A stretch of DNA of 64,000 nucleotides from an uncultured Phycisphaerales bacterium (GCA_963844715.1 CAWJPJ010000006.1:512001-576000); one strand, 5' to 3'; shown: positions 33,300-44,334, numbered from the stretch's first letter. Translations and numbers: made by a program. The notes: generated by a model not told the origin, from the sequence alone.

Positions 33300-34102
33300 T
33301 TGATTCGGCCTACTGGGCAAAACCCGGCAAACGGATCGATCTCTCCAAATTCGCGACCGGCGACACCGGTCCATTCAAGCACAAGGATAACGCCGCCCCG
33401 CTCGTCGAGAAGAATCTCACGAAACTCATCGAGCTACAGGACAGGCTTTACGCCGCGGGCACGCACGCGCTGCTGATCGTCCTTCAGGCACTCGACGCCG
33501 GCGGGAAAGACGGCGCCATCCGCCACGTCTTCAGCGGCGTCAACCCGCAGGGCTGCCAGGTCACCGGATTCAAAGTCCCCACGCACGAGGAACTGGCCCA
33601 CGATTATCTATGGCGCTATCACAAAGCCTGCCCGAAACGCGGAATGATCGGCATCTTCAACCGCTCCCACTATGAAAGCGTCCTGGTCGAGCGCGTGCAC
33701 AAGATCGCCCCGAAGAAGGTCTGGTCGCGCAGGTATGACCAGATCAACCATTTCGAGCAAATGCTGACGGCCGAGAAAACCGTCATCCTCAAATTCTTCC
33801 TCCACATCTCCAAAGAAGAACAAAAACGCCGCCTGAAAGCGCGCTTGGCCGACAAATCCAAGAACTGGAAATTCCAGCCCAGCGATCTGCATGAGCGCGA
33901 GTATTGGGACGATTACGTGGAGGCATGGCAGGACCTGCTCCAGAAATGTTCCACAGAGGAATCTCCGTGGTTCGTCGTGCCGTCCGATCATAAATGGTTC
34001 AGGAATTGGGTCCTGTCCGACACGATCGTGCGGACCCTGGACAAGCTCGATCTGAAATACCCGCCGGCGGCGAAGGGGTTGGATAAGGTGAAAATTAAAT
34101 GA
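33296..34102 (+). CDS. ppk2: Polyphosphate kinase 2 family protein
   Basis: QALDAGGKDG, FNRSHYE, KFFLHISKEEQ, KWFRN. Confidence 0.9.
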   Translation: MIDSAYWAKPGKRIDLSKFATGDTGPFKHKDNAAPLVEKNLTKLIELQDRLYAAGTHALLIVLQALDAGGKDGAIRHVFSGVNPQGCQVTGFKVPTHEELAHDYLWRYHKACPKRGMIGIFNRSHYESVLVERVHKIAPKKVWSRRYDQINHFEQMLTAEKTVILKFFLHISKEEQKRRLKARLADKSKNWKFQPSDLHEREYWDDYVEAWQDLLQKCSTEESPWFVVPSDHKWFRNWVLSDTIVRTLDKLDLKYPPAAKGLDKVKIK

Positions 34103-34324
34103 TGAGCGGGAATTCCCATTTACGGATAGACACTCCGTTTGTCGCTACGGCACAGGAACCGGCCTGACCTACGCCCAAGTTTTTCCCGGCAAGCCAATAA
34201 TCCCAAGATCGAGTCTGGGGTGGATTCCCGCTCATCGGGTAGCTGGATTCGCGACTGTTTGCCGCAGGAACAACCTGCCGTCCGCGATTCTCTGTTGCCC
34301 GGGAACGTGCTAAACTGAGCAGCA

Positions 34325-34791
34325 ATGGCCAAGGTCTATTTGGAAACCAGCTTTTTCAGCGCTTGCGTCGCCGGCAGATCGGACGCCGCCAGCATATTCC
34401 GCAAGCAAGAAAGTCAGCGGTGGTGGACACTTCAAAGGACCGCGCACGAGTTGTCGCTCTGCGCCGAAGTGCTGCGCGAGCTGTCCGATCCGGCGTTTGC
34501 GCAACGCGACCTCGCCCTGGCCATGACGGCAGGCCTCAACCTACTACCGCTCGACGATGACGTGGTAGGATTCGCGAAAGTTCTGGTGGGGAGCAGGTGA
34601 TGCCCGGTCCGGAAAGCTCAGGCGACTCGCTGCATGTGGCGGCGGCAACCGTTCATTCCATGCAATATCTCCTGACCTGGAACGTGAAGCACCTGGCCAA
34701 TGTGAACAAAGTGAGGCATTTGCAGGAGGTCTGCCGCCGCGTGGGATACCTGCCCCCGGCAATTGTCACCCCGGATCTGCTTTGGACATGA
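34325..34791 (+). CDS. PIN-domain (VapC-like) toxin (frameshift near 34590)
   Basis: VYLETS, EVLREL, DSLHVAAA, LLTWNVKHLAN, IVTP. Confidence 0.8.
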
Positions 34792-34805
34792 TAGAATGGG
34801 GACGT

Positions 34806-35069
34806 ATGAACAGGCCCTCCCATGGCGGCGAAGAAGCGGACCCCCTTATCGAAGAAGTGAGGGCGATTCGCCGTTCTATCTGCGACCTCTACGGGCGGGA
34901 CCTGGATAAGCTCGCCGGGCACCTTCGTGCCATCGAAGAAGAGTTTCGGCAGCGCTCCGGCCGCTTTTCCAGCGTTCCGCTCGAAGCAGGGGAAGAACTT
35001 TTTCCCGGCGCATTGCAGCGCGAGGCCGATCCATTCCTCTCCGACTTACGAAAACTCCGCAAGGGTTAG
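34806..35069 (+). CDS. Small putative antitoxin partner of the PIN toxin
   Basis: DPLIEEVRAIRR motif; immediately downstream of the PIN gene. Confidence 0.6.
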   Translation: MNRPSHGGEEADPLIEEVRAIRRSICDLYGRDLDKLAGHLRAIEEEFRQRSGRFSSVPLEAGEELFPGALQREADPFLSDLRKLRKG

Positions 35070-35242
35070 AGCTGGCCACGCTTACTTCTCGCCTCGGGGT
35101 CGTCGTCGGTCAAATCCCTTTGACTTCGATCCAATGTTCCGCCACGGATTAACCCCGCTTGTTTCGCTGCGGAGTTCGCAGAGAGTGCAAATATGAGAAT
35201 GCCGAATGCTGAATTAATTCATCATTCAGTGCTCGGCAATTC

Positions 35243-35672
35243 TTATCGAGGTGGTTTTCGCAGCCGCGAGGTCGCGCTTCGCACTTCCCGCCATTGAGAC
35301 ATGTCGTATTTCGAATCTTCCCCCGCGACGCCCGCCAGCGATTCTTCGTCTTCGGAATCTTCCGAATGCGATTCCCAGTCGTAGGCTCGCCCTTCGAGGG
35401 CCGCGAGTTCCTGGCGCGTGACGAGGTCTTCGCCGCCGCGCGGCGGTGGCGGCGCTGAGATCGGCGGCGGGGCCATCACCGGGTCGCTGTCCTCAACAAA
35501 GTCGCCGCTTGGGTTTCACCGGTTCGGCGACCGAGCCAAACGCCACTTCGACAAGGAGAAATCCCCCTTCAATTCGGGAAGGAATGCTGCCGTTGCGAAC
35601 GGCTTCGAGAATCTGATCAATCCCACAGTGCCACATCTCGGCGGCGACGGCGGGAGCTACCCAGCAAGACAT
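35243..35672 (-). CDS. Hypothetical protein, HTH-like N-terminus and acidic C-terminus (probable frameshift)
   Basis: Two adjoining ORFs (MSCWVAPAVAAEMW.. and ..WREVRSATSRLRKPP). Confidence 0.45.
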
Positions 35673-35729
35673 CCAAACGCCTCCAAATCTACTTGTGATT
35701 GTCATCGGCACAGGCGCACCCCATGCTGA

Positions 35730-35820
35730 AGATAATGAGAAATGACGAGCGATGAATCGCGAGCGATAAACTAAAAACCGCAAGTTTTAGCTCATCGTTC
35801 ATAATTCATCGTTCATCGTT
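35730..35820. repeat. Heptamer-based imperfect inverted repeat
   Basis: aatgaga/aatgacg/cgatgaa followed by tcatcgt/tcataat/tcatcgt; a similar element at 35196-35242. Confidence 0.55.
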
Positions 35821-35856
35821 CCCTCCATCATTTCCCCTACGTCCGGTAACCCCGAT

Positions 35857-37004
35857 TTAATCCAACCAATCCTTCTTCTTCAATCGATCCGGAACGTACT
35901 CTTCCGTCACGTACGAAATGCTCTTGCTGATCAACGATTCGACTTCCATCTTGAAGCCGTTTTTCAAAAGCTTGGCAATCTCTTTTTGCCATTCTTTCTT
36001 TTCCTTGAACCATTCGTAGTTGGCAATTTGCTGGTGCGCTTGCGGTCGCCGTCGTCGAGGGTGATTTTCACATCGTCGCGCAGCGAGCATCGTTCGTAAT
36101 CCAGACTGCGCAGTCCCAGATATTTCGCCTCGGGGATGGCCATGCGCTGCGATTCATACGCGAGATTGATCGAGCCGGTTTTGATGACGCTGTAGATGTA
36201 GTACCCCCACGGATCGTTATCGAGCAGGCAATAAATCGGCAAGCCCAGATCGTTATGTAATCGCTGCAACAAACGCCGAACGCCGCGTGGCGGCTGGCCG
36301 CCCCCTTCGGTCAAAATGCAATTGTGCTTTTCCCAGAACCGATCTTCATTGAATCGATTCCAAACCGTGTCCTTTTCGACATGCAGGACGAACTTCGCCT
36401 CGCACTTCCCGAACTTGATGACGTCCGGCTCCACGATCGACGGAATGGCGTAACCCCCCGTGCCCATGCGGCGGCAGTCGATCACGTCGCCGTTGTCTTC
36501 AACGGTGATGTTCCCGACGAGGGTCCCTTTCTTCTTCGCGAAGACGTGCAGCTCCTCGCGGAAGCTGCCAAGGGAAACCTCCAAATCCTCGATAATGCCG
36601 TCCGATTCCTCCTGTCCGGCGAAGGTCTTTTCGTTCGTTCCGGGAATGGTGTGCAGGCTTTTATAAAAGAGTCCGCGGAGGCTGGTCGTCTTCCCCTCGT
36701 CGATCAGATCGTGAGCCCCCTCGGCGATCACGACCGTTTGCATGAACTTCTTGGCCTGCCCGAGATTGAAAAAATTCCGCGTCTGCTTGTTTCCGCCCAT
36801 CTGAATGATGCGCTTGCGGGTGTTATAGCTGACGTTGGAAAGATTGCGCGTGGGGATGTCCAGGCCCGGGTCTTTCTGCCGCGAGGCTACATCCCAAATC
36901 TCCCCCGCCAATACTTCGATCTTTTTCGCCGTCGCCTTGCCGCGGGTGACTGCCTTGCCGCCCACATCGGTGCGGCCGTCTTTTGTCGGTTTACGTTTTG
37001 CCAT
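35857..37004 (-). CDS. top6A: DNA topoisomerase VI subunit A (Spo11-like; frameshift near 36033)
   Basis: TSLRGLFY (catalytic Tyr region), QEESD, HVEKD, GGGQP, LLDNDPWG Toprim, KMEVESL. Confidence 0.9.
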
Positions 37005-37012
37005 GACAACTC

Positions 37013-38947
37013 CTATGCCGCATCGGTTTCAAAAAGTTTCGCCTGACGATAGCCCCCCGCCGGCTGCTTCTTGTCCGCCGCCGCGTCTTCCGGCGCATCC
37101 GGCACCGGCGCCGTCTCGATGACGACCACGTTCTTATCCCCGTCGATCTTTCCGGCCTTGACCGGCTTCCCGCCCGGCGGGAGCCGATTCCCATCCTCGT
37201 CCAGTTCCACATCCGCCTGGAGCGTGAACTTCTTGGCCGTTTTCATCATCGCCTCATACAGTTCCTTGCGCTTCTTCTCGCTCTGCCCGGTTATTTTGCC
37301 GATCGCAGTGACAACTTCACCGACATATTTTTCAAAGATGCCGCGGCGGGCCTGCTCGCGGGCGATTCTCTGCCGCTTTCGCACGTACGCATTCAGCTTC
37401 CGCCCGCATTCCTGAATCGCCAGCTTGATCTCTTTGCGAATCTCATCGTAATCGGCAATCGCTTCCTTCGATTCGCTCGTGAACGGCACCCAAACCGACG
37501 CCATGTGCACAAAGATCACAATCGGCCCCTCAGGCATCCCATTTCGCGGCTGGCTCAAGCCATAATTCCGCCAATTCGTGTCGATGACGCTCTTGGTGAT
37601 GCAACAAGCCGACGGCTGATAGAGCAGCGGCACGCGATTGGCAAAGCGAATTACCCGGGCCGTGTCTTCAATCGGCAACTGCCCGCCGTACGCGACGCCC
37701 ACCTCGATCTGAAAGGGATTCCCGCGATAAACAGCCGGGTCGCGCGTGTCGGCCGTATAAAACTCCGCCTTAATCTCCTTGAGCAAACCCTTAAGAATCT
37801 GCTGCGGCCCGATGGGAACCAGGCAATCCGTCGGCGGCGCGATGATCCGCGTATTTTGGATCGCATGATGCAGCCGATCCGCCTCCTCGCGCGCGACCTG
37901 GGCGCACCATGTGTTTGGCGTAAGCCCCGCCTTCTCGCAAATCTCCTTCGAAACCTTCGGACTCACCCGGCTGAATTCGCCCTGTAAGAATCCGCCCAGA
38001 TGCTTGTGGTCCGTCTCCTTGAGCATCCGGATCAGAACGCCAAGCTCCACCCCATAAGGATGCGGCTTGATCGACTTGGGAGAGTCCGGCACATCGTGCA
38101 CCTCGCGCGGAAAATCCCGAACCAGCCCGTCCGGCGCCGTCCAATGAATGGCCGCGTGCGGATTGGCGATCGCCGTCTGCTCGAGATACTCATCCACGCT
38201 CGCCCGCCCGCGCTGGAACCGCGCTTCGAGGGTGATGCTCACTTCCGTGCCGTGTTCCATCTCAACGCCGTCGGCGTTCCAGATCGCCATCTCCTGATCG
38301 GAAATGATCTCCGGCCGATTTTTCTGCGTATCCATCTGCAACTCAAACCGATGCGCCGGCTTCTTCTTCCCCGTCCGGCTCACAATCTGCACCGATTGCC
38401 CCGTCGTCAGCAAGCCATACATCCCCGCCGCGCTGATCCCAATCCCCTGCTGGCCTCGGCTCATGCGCAGTCGATGAAACTTGCTCCCGTATAACAACCT
38501 TCCGAAGACGTTGGGAATCTGCGCTTTCACGATGCCCGGCCCGTTGTCGCGCACGGTGACGCGAAAACGCGTCGCGTTGGCGAGCGCCGGGGCCGCGGCT
38601 TCGCTCGATTCAATCAGCGCCGGCTGCTCCGCCTTCTTCTTCGGCTTCGCCTCCAACGGCGGCGCGGCCTTCCCTCCATTGAGCGCATCGATCTTGATCC
38701 AGATCTGGGGAAGGATTTGCCCCTCTTCACACGCGTCGAGCGAATTATCGACGGCTTCCTTGACGGTCGTCAGCAACGCCTTGCGTGGATTGTCAAAACC
38801 CAGGAGATGGCGGTTTTTTGCGAAAAACTCGCTTACCGCGATTTCCTTCTGCTGCCCGGCCATGGATTCGGCGGTTTCCGCCCTGGATTTGGGCGGGCGG
38901 GCAGCCGGTTTTTCGGGGGTGGATTTGGCGCCGGATTTCTTGGCCAT
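37013..38947 (-). CDS. top6B: DNA topoisomerase VI subunit B
   Basis: SEFFAKNRHLLGF, KEAVDNSLDACEE, DNGPGI, SRGQQGIGIS, KPHPYG, RFANRVPLLY, VPFTSESKEAI. Confidence 0.93.
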   Translation of the reverse strand: MAKKSGAKSTPEKPAARPPKSRAETAESMAGQQKEIAVSEFFAKNRHLLGFDNPRKALLTTVKEAVDNSLDACEEGQILPQIWIKIDALNGGKAAPPLEAKPKKKAEQPALIESSEAAAPALANATRFRVTVRDNGPGIVKAQIPNVFGRLLYGSKFHRLRMSRGQQGIGISAAGMYGLLTTGQSVQIVSRTGKKKPAHRFELQMDTQKNRPEIISDQEMAIWNADGVEMEHGTEVSITLEARFQRGRASVDEYLEQTAIANPHAAIHWTAPDGLVRDFPREVHDVPDSPKSIKPHPYGVELGVLIRMLKETDHKHLGGFLQGEFSRVSPKVSKEICEKAGLTPNTWCAQVAREEADRLHHAIQNTRIIAPPTDCLVPIGPQQILKGLLKEIKAEFYTADTRDPAVYRGNPFQIEVGVAYGGQLPIEDTARVIRFANRVPLLYQPSACCITKSVIDTNWRNYGLSQPRNGMPEGPIVIFVHMASVWVPFTSESKEAIADYDEIRKEIKLAIQECGRKLNAYVRKRQRIAREQARRGIFEKYVGEVVTAIGKITGQSEKKRKELYEAMMKTAKKFTLQADVELDEDGNRLPPGGKPVKAGKIDGDKNVVVIETAPVPDAPEDAAADKKQPAGGYRQAKLFETDAA

Positions 38948-39069
38948 GCGTGCGTCCTCCGTGACCTTTATCGTCGAGGGCCGAGTGTAAATCGTTAGCT
39001 TTTCCGATGCAACATTGAGCGGAACCAATCGCCCCGTTACCATCCTGCGGCTCACTTGGAGGTGGCGAA

Positions 39070-41012
39070 ATGGGCAAACCCGCCGGCCCGGCTGATTTGG
39101 CGCTCCTGAAAGCGATGTCGCAGCAGTATCCGACCGCCGCCGCCGCTGCGCAGGAACTCGCCGCCGAGCGCGCCGAACTGCTCCTTCCCGCCCCCGCGAT
39201 CCACGTCATCAGCGACGTACACGGCGAAGCCGCCAAGCTCCGGCATGTCATCAACAACGCCTCGGGAAGATTGCGGCCGCTGGTCGACCGCCTCTTCACC
39301 AGCCGCGTCGTCGAGCGCGAGCGGCAGGAACTCCTGGCGCTGCTTTATTATCCGCAGGAGCAGATGCAGCATCTGAAGGATTGGCTCAGCCAGCCCCGGC
39401 GCCGCAAGCAGTGGGCCGCCGCCATGCTCCGCCGGCAATTCGAAATGATCCGCGAAATGTGCGGCCAGCGCCGGCTTTCGCAAGTTACGGCCCTGATCGC
39501 GCCGGTGCATCGCGAGTTGTTCGCCGAATTGCTCGCCGAGCCGCTGGTGAGATGGGAGAGCGCGTATATCGACGAAATGCTCAGCGCTCTGGGCGATAAC
39601 GATCAGGATTTGGCGGCCGTCCGCGCCGCGTCACACTTGATCCGCAATCTCGCCTACGGCGAACTGATCGTGGCCGGGGATCTCCCCGATCGTGGCCCCC
39701 GCACGGACGGCGTGATCGAATATCTCCGCCAGCAGCCCAACACGACCATCGTCTGGGGAAATCACGATGCTCATTGGATGGGGGCGTGCCTGGGGCAGGA
39801 GGCGCTAATCGCCTCCGTACTCCGTTTCTCGGTCAAGTACGCCCGCCTCGAACAGCTTGAAGAAGGATACGGCATTTCGCTTGAACCTCTGAAGAAACTC
39901 GCCCGCGAGATCTACGGAAGCGACCCCTGTCAACAATTTGCCGCGGCCGGCAATACCCCGCGCGATCCGCAACTTCTACGGCGGATGCACAAGGCGATCT
40001 CCATCATTCAATTCAAATTGGATGGCCAGACGATCACGCGCAATCCGCAATGGCACATGGAGAATCGGAACCTGGTTCCGAATATCAACTTGGCCGCCGG
40101 AACGGTGACGATCGAAGGAAAGAGCTATCCACTGCTCGACAAGAATTTCCCGACGATCGACAAATCAGACCCCAACGCCCTCTCCCCCGCCGAGCGCGAG
40201 TGCTTCAGCGCGTTCCGCCAATCGTTCACCACCAGCCCCCGCCTGTGGGAACACATGCGATGGGTCAACGAGCGCGGCCACATGTGGCAGCGGCGCGATC
40301 CCGCGCTGATCTTCCACGGTTGCCTACCGGTCGATGCCTCGGGCAAGCCCCTGCCCTTGAACGTCGACGCGAAGGAATGCGTTGGCCGCCAGTTAATGGA
40401 CGCGCTGGAAATGGTAGTCCACCGCGCGTTCGGCTCGGGCGGCGGGAATGCCGGGGCGGATGCGGACTGGTTCTGGTATCTCCGCTGCGGACCGCGATCG
40501 CCGCTCTCCGGAGTAGATAAGGTTGCGGCGTTCGAGGGGTACTTCGTCGCCGATGCCGCCGCAAAAAAGAAAATCAGGAACCCCTATTTCCAGCTCATCA
40601 ACGACGCGAATTTCTGCAAACGGATCGGCAAGGATTTCGGCATGTCCGATGACGTCCTCATCGTCAACGGGCACGTGCCAGTAAAAATCGAGCAAGGAGA
40701 GAACCCGGTCAAGAGAGGCGGCAACGCCGTCACTATCGACGGGGCATTCTCCGAAGCGTACGGCGATCGCGGTTATACGCTTATTCTCGACGCCGCGGGA
40801 ATCAGCCTGGCCGAGCATGCGCATTTCCAGTCGATCCAGCAGGTGATCGAAAAGGGAATCGACATGGTGCCGACGCTGACTTCTCTGCGGACCTATGATC
40901 CGCCGCGGACGTGCGCCAGACGGATCACGGGCAGGCCCTGAAAGCCAATATCGAAATCCTTCAAAATCTCATCGTCGCTTATCGGAACGGGCAAATTTCC
41001 GAAGCGAAGTGA
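39070..41012 (+). CDS. fbp: Class III fructose-1,6-bisphosphatase (frameshift near 40910)
   Basis: SDVHGE, NNASG, GDLPDRGP, WGNHD, FHGCLP, VNGHVPVK, IDGAFSEAY. Confidence 0.85.
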
Positions 41013-41068
41013 GACAAATCACCGTCCGATTAAGCCTGTGGGCTGAATAACTTTAAGACGCTCTATTT

Positions 41069-41875
41069 ATGAACCGATCTCTAGCCCATGGGAAGGCGTC
41101 TGTGCGCTGGTCATTTTCGCGGGATATTACCGGCCCGTTGGTTCTGGCGCTCGTGGCCGCGCTGGTGCTGCTGGCTCCCGCCGCGGCGTGCGCGGAAACG
41201 GCCACCTATGATTCCGCCACCGGCCTCCTCCCGACCGATCCCCCCTTCCGATACGTCGATACCTCTTCGCTCTTCGGCTCGCCCGTCAATCCAACCATCT
41301 CCGACGACGTCGCCTCCCTCGGCCCCACCAGCGACCTTGGCCGCTCCTTCTGGTACACCGACGAAATGATCCTGTCTGATGAGACCGGCTTCGAAATCTC
41401 CGCGACCCTCAAACTCGATTCCGAATCCTCAACCGATCCCACCGACCAGGCCGGCCTGGCGATCGCCTTTTCCGACGATCAGGATCTCTATCAGAATCTT
41501 TTCATCACCCCCACGGAAGTCTTCTTCAGCAAGCTCAACCCCAGCCAGACCGACATCGTGCCCGACACCAGCTACGCGATGGACACGACCACCTGGAACA
41601 CGTTTACCATCCAGGTTCAAGACGGCGACGTTGACTTGAGCGTGGACGGCACCCCCGAGATTTCCTCCACGATGTTTAATCTCTCGGCCACCGGCCAGCT
41701 CGTTCTCCCCGATTATGCCGCCCTCGGCGACATTTCCCCAGTCGCAAATTCGCAGTTCGATTTCACATCGTTCTCGGTCGTAGTCCCCGAACCCTCCTAC
41801 GCCGGCGCCACCGCCGTCGCAATCGCGCTCATCATCGCCTCGCGCGTACGACGATCGCACGCGCAGCACGCCTAG
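41069..41875 (+). CDS. PEP-CTERM sorting domain protein
   Basis: Signal peptide; C-terminal VPEPS, TM helix, RVRR. Confidence 0.8.
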   Translation: MNRSLAHGKASVRWSFSRDITGPLVLALVAALVLLAPAAACAETATYDSATGLLPTDPPFRYVDTSSLFGSPVNPTISDDVASLGPTSDLGRSFWYTDEMILSDETGFEISATLKLDSESSTDPTDQAGLAIAFSDDQDLYQNLFITPTEVFFSKLNPSQTDIVPDTSYAMDTTTWNTFTIQVQDGDVDLSVDGTPEISSTMFNLSATGQLVLPDYAALGDISPVANSQFDFTSFSVVVPEPSYAGATAVAIALIIASRVRRSHAQHA

Positions 41876-41876
41876 G

Positions 41877-41938
41877 GCCATTCGGTCATTCGGTCATTCG
41901 GATTTGATTCGGATTTCGGGTTTCTGGTTTCGGATTTC
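41877..41938. repeat. Short 7-8 nt tandem repeats (cattcggt / ttcggat)
   Basis: cattcggtcattcggtcattcggatttgattcggatttcgggtttctggtttcggatttc. Confidence 0.55.
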
Positions 41939-41953
41939 CGCCGCAACGGCGGC

Positions 41954-42241
41954 TCACGCCGTCAAGTCCAGATGTGGGTTCTCTTCGTCTTGCGAATCCT
42001 CAGCCTTTCCCTTGGACTTGCGATTCTCTTTCTTCGGATTCTTCGGATTGGAATGATCATCGTCCATGGCGGCCGGCTCTTCGGTGTTCTCCACCTGATC
42101 CTCCGAGCCATCCTCCCGGGCAGCGACGTTTTTGCGGAGCTGCTGGGCGTGATGAAGCTGCCGGGCCTTGTCGCCAGACTGCTGCTTCTGGACCACTGAG
42201 GTCTGTAGAATCGATCCCGTGACCGGATTCATCTGGCTCAT
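41954..42241 (-). CDS. Hypothetical charged protein
   Basis: MSQMNPVTGSILQ..HLDLTA. Confidence 0.55.
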   Translation of the reverse strand: MSQMNPVTGSILQTSVVQKQQSGDKARQLHHAQQLRKNVAAREDGSEDQVENTEEPAAMDDDHSNPKNPKKENRKSKGKAEDSQDEENPHLDLTA

Positions 42242-42731
42242 AATTCCATCCCCGTGCTCGTCACTCCCCGCTAAGAATAATATCGGCAAAAGCCCTTTCC
42301 CGCGCACGGTTGCAACACCGGCGAATCGTGAAATTAATTCCTCCCTTTATGGGACGCCGATGGAAAGCTTTACCCGCCAATAAGTAACGCGCCTGCATGT
42401 GTCGCCCGCGCCGTTTCTGCGCTTTGTACGGTTTATACGGGCCATGCACGGGAGCAATCGGGCCCCGGCGGCTGATAACCCCGCGCCCCCCTTTTCGGAA
42501 CCTCGCGCATATCCGGCAACTCAATCCCCGCTTGTTAAAAAATCCGCCGGGCCCGGCGTTTTCCCCCCTTTTTTTCGACACGCTCAAATTCCTGGGGCAT
42601 ATTCCAGCATCGAGTTCACGTCGAACAGCCATCTCGCCAGATCGGCTCGACGTTGACCAAGTCAGGGAAGAATTTGCCGGGGACTTTTGTCGTACTTGCG
42701 TGATGTTGTTTTTTCGAAAGAGGGTGTTGGT

Positions 42732-43196
42732 ATGAGGACCTACTTGGGCGCCGCTATCGCGTGTCTCACGCTGATGCTGACCGGCATCGCCCGCGCGGAC
42801 CACTTTTCAGATTTCAATTCCCAGTGCAACGCGCGGAATAAATCGGTCTTCCTGGACTACCAGGTCTGCTCGGACGACCTCAACAATCATCAGGGCAACA
42901 ACGGAAAAAACGACAACCAGGGAGGGAACGGCGATTGCAATAACGGCGGAAACAACAGCGACCCGGGCAACAACATCTGCCCGCCCCCCGTCGATAACGG
43001 CGGCGGTTGCGATACGGACAACAACAACGGCTGCGGCGACAACCATGGGTGCGACCCCAAGCCCCCGTGCCCGCCCCCGTGCCCGCACGATCCCGCGGTG
43101 GTTCCTTTGCCGGCGTCGTCAGCGCTGGGTGGGGTTGGCCTCGCTGCCCTGGCTCTCATCGGCTGGGTCAAGTCTCGCCGCGTGGCCCGAGCCTAA
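42732..43196 (+). CDS. VPLPA-CTERM (PEP-CTERM variant) protein, Asn/Gly/Cys/Pro-rich
   Basis: Signal peptide; C-terminal VPLPASS, TM helix, KSRR. Confidence 0.78.
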   Translation: MRTYLGAAIACLTLMLTGIARADHFSDFNSQCNARNKSVFLDYQVCSDDLNNHQGNNGKNDNQGGNGDCNNGGNNSDPGNNICPPPVDNGGGCDTDNNNGCGDNHGCDPKPPCPPPCPHDPAVVPLPASSALGGVGLAALALIGWVKSRRVARA

Positions 43197-43229
43197 GTAA
43201 CGATTCTTGATCGAGTCCCACACCGACTC

Positions 43230-43264
43230 GAGCCGGAAGGCACCCGCCTTCCGGCTCTTTTTTT
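43230..43264 (+). terminator. Rho-independent terminator
   Basis: gagccggaaggc-accc-gccttccggctc followed by T7. Confidence 0.85.
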
Positions 43265-43307
43265 GCGCAAGGAATGGTGCCGGCGGGAAGCGAATTATTC
43301 AAAATCG

Positions 43308-43414
43308 TTGGCACAGAGGACACGGAGGCCACAGAGGACACAGAGAAAGAATAAATTTAGTTTGATTGTTTTTTCTCTCTGTGCCCTCTGTGGTCTCTGC
43401 GGGCTCTGTGCCAA
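43308..43414. repeat. Long inverted repeat built from 9-nt CACAGAG-type units (MITE-like)
   Basis: ttggcacagagg..cacagagaaa / tttctctctgtg..ctctgtgccaa; homolog at 45689-45817. Confidence 0.78.
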
Positions 43415-43419
43415 TGTTT

Positions 43420-44334
43420 TTAAGAACTACCGATCCCCGACATGCGTACCAACACCTCATGTTCCGTGGTCCCCCAATCGGCGGCGATCTGTGCTTCTGT
43501 CAATCCATCCCCCAACAGCACCACTTCATCCCCAGCCGAATCGCCCGGGCCAGTTTCCGCGAACGCTGTCTGCATTCCCACTTCCAGAATCCGACGCCAT
43601 GCGCCGTTAATCAAGCACGGTCCCTTTCGAATTCCGTGCAGATATCCGCAGGGAATGACGCCGAAGTGCGGAACGTTAAACCCGCTATAACCGGCGGGCT
43701 TCCCGCCGGAATGTGTCTCCAATAAACGAGTCGAGACGCGGGCCGCGCCACGATATAGCGCGATCCCCGGGCGAACGGCATCCAGCCGCGCAGCGGGATC
43801 ATCCAGGAGCGCTGATCCCGCCGCGTGTAACTTCAGCCCTCGCCCTCCGAGCAATTTCTTAAGCTCCAACGCCTGCTCCCGATTTATCGCATGCGTAAGC
43901 GCCTCATCGCATCCTCCTGCCGCTAGGACTGCTTCGATGTTCTCCGCCGGACACGCAAACCGTCTCATCCCGGTATCGACGCAAAGAACCGGATGCGCAG
44001 ACCTCAGTCTCTTTGCCTCCCCCGCCGTCCAAACCGAAGGCCGCACACCCGCCGCGATAAATTCTCCCGGCTCGACATCCGGATGCGGACCCAGCGCCAA
44101 AATCCGCTTCGACGTAATTCCACTCAGCCCCGCGCCGATGGCTTCGGCCAAACCGAAAACCACAAACCCCTCAACTACATCCGCCAGCGCCCCCGCCACT
44201 TCGCGCGCTCCCAGTCCGTATGCATCGGCTTTGACGACCGCCAGAACCCCCACGCCGCAGCGGCTGCGGATTTCCTCGGCCGATCGTCTGATCCGGCCTA
44301 AATCCACCGTCACCGTGACTCGCTGCGATTTCAC
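43420..44334 (-). CDS. alr: Alanine racemase
   Basis: AVVKADAYGLG (PLP Lys), VDTGMRR, VRPGIALY. Confidence 0.85.
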   Translation of the reverse strand: MKSQRVTVTVDLGRIRRSAEEIRSRCGVGVLAVVKADAYGLGAREVAGALADVVEGFVVFGLAEAIGAGLSGITSKRILALGPHPDVEPGEFIAAGVRPSVWTAGEAKRLRSAHPVLCVDTGMRRFACPAENIEAVLAAGGCDEALTHAINREQALELKKLLGGRGLKLHAAGSALLDDPAARLDAVRPGIALYRGAARVSTRLLETHSGGKPAGYSGFNVPHFGVIPCGYLHGIRKGPCLINGAWRRILEVGMQTAFAETGPGDSAGDEVVLLGDGLTEAQIAADWGTTEHEVLVRMSGIGSS

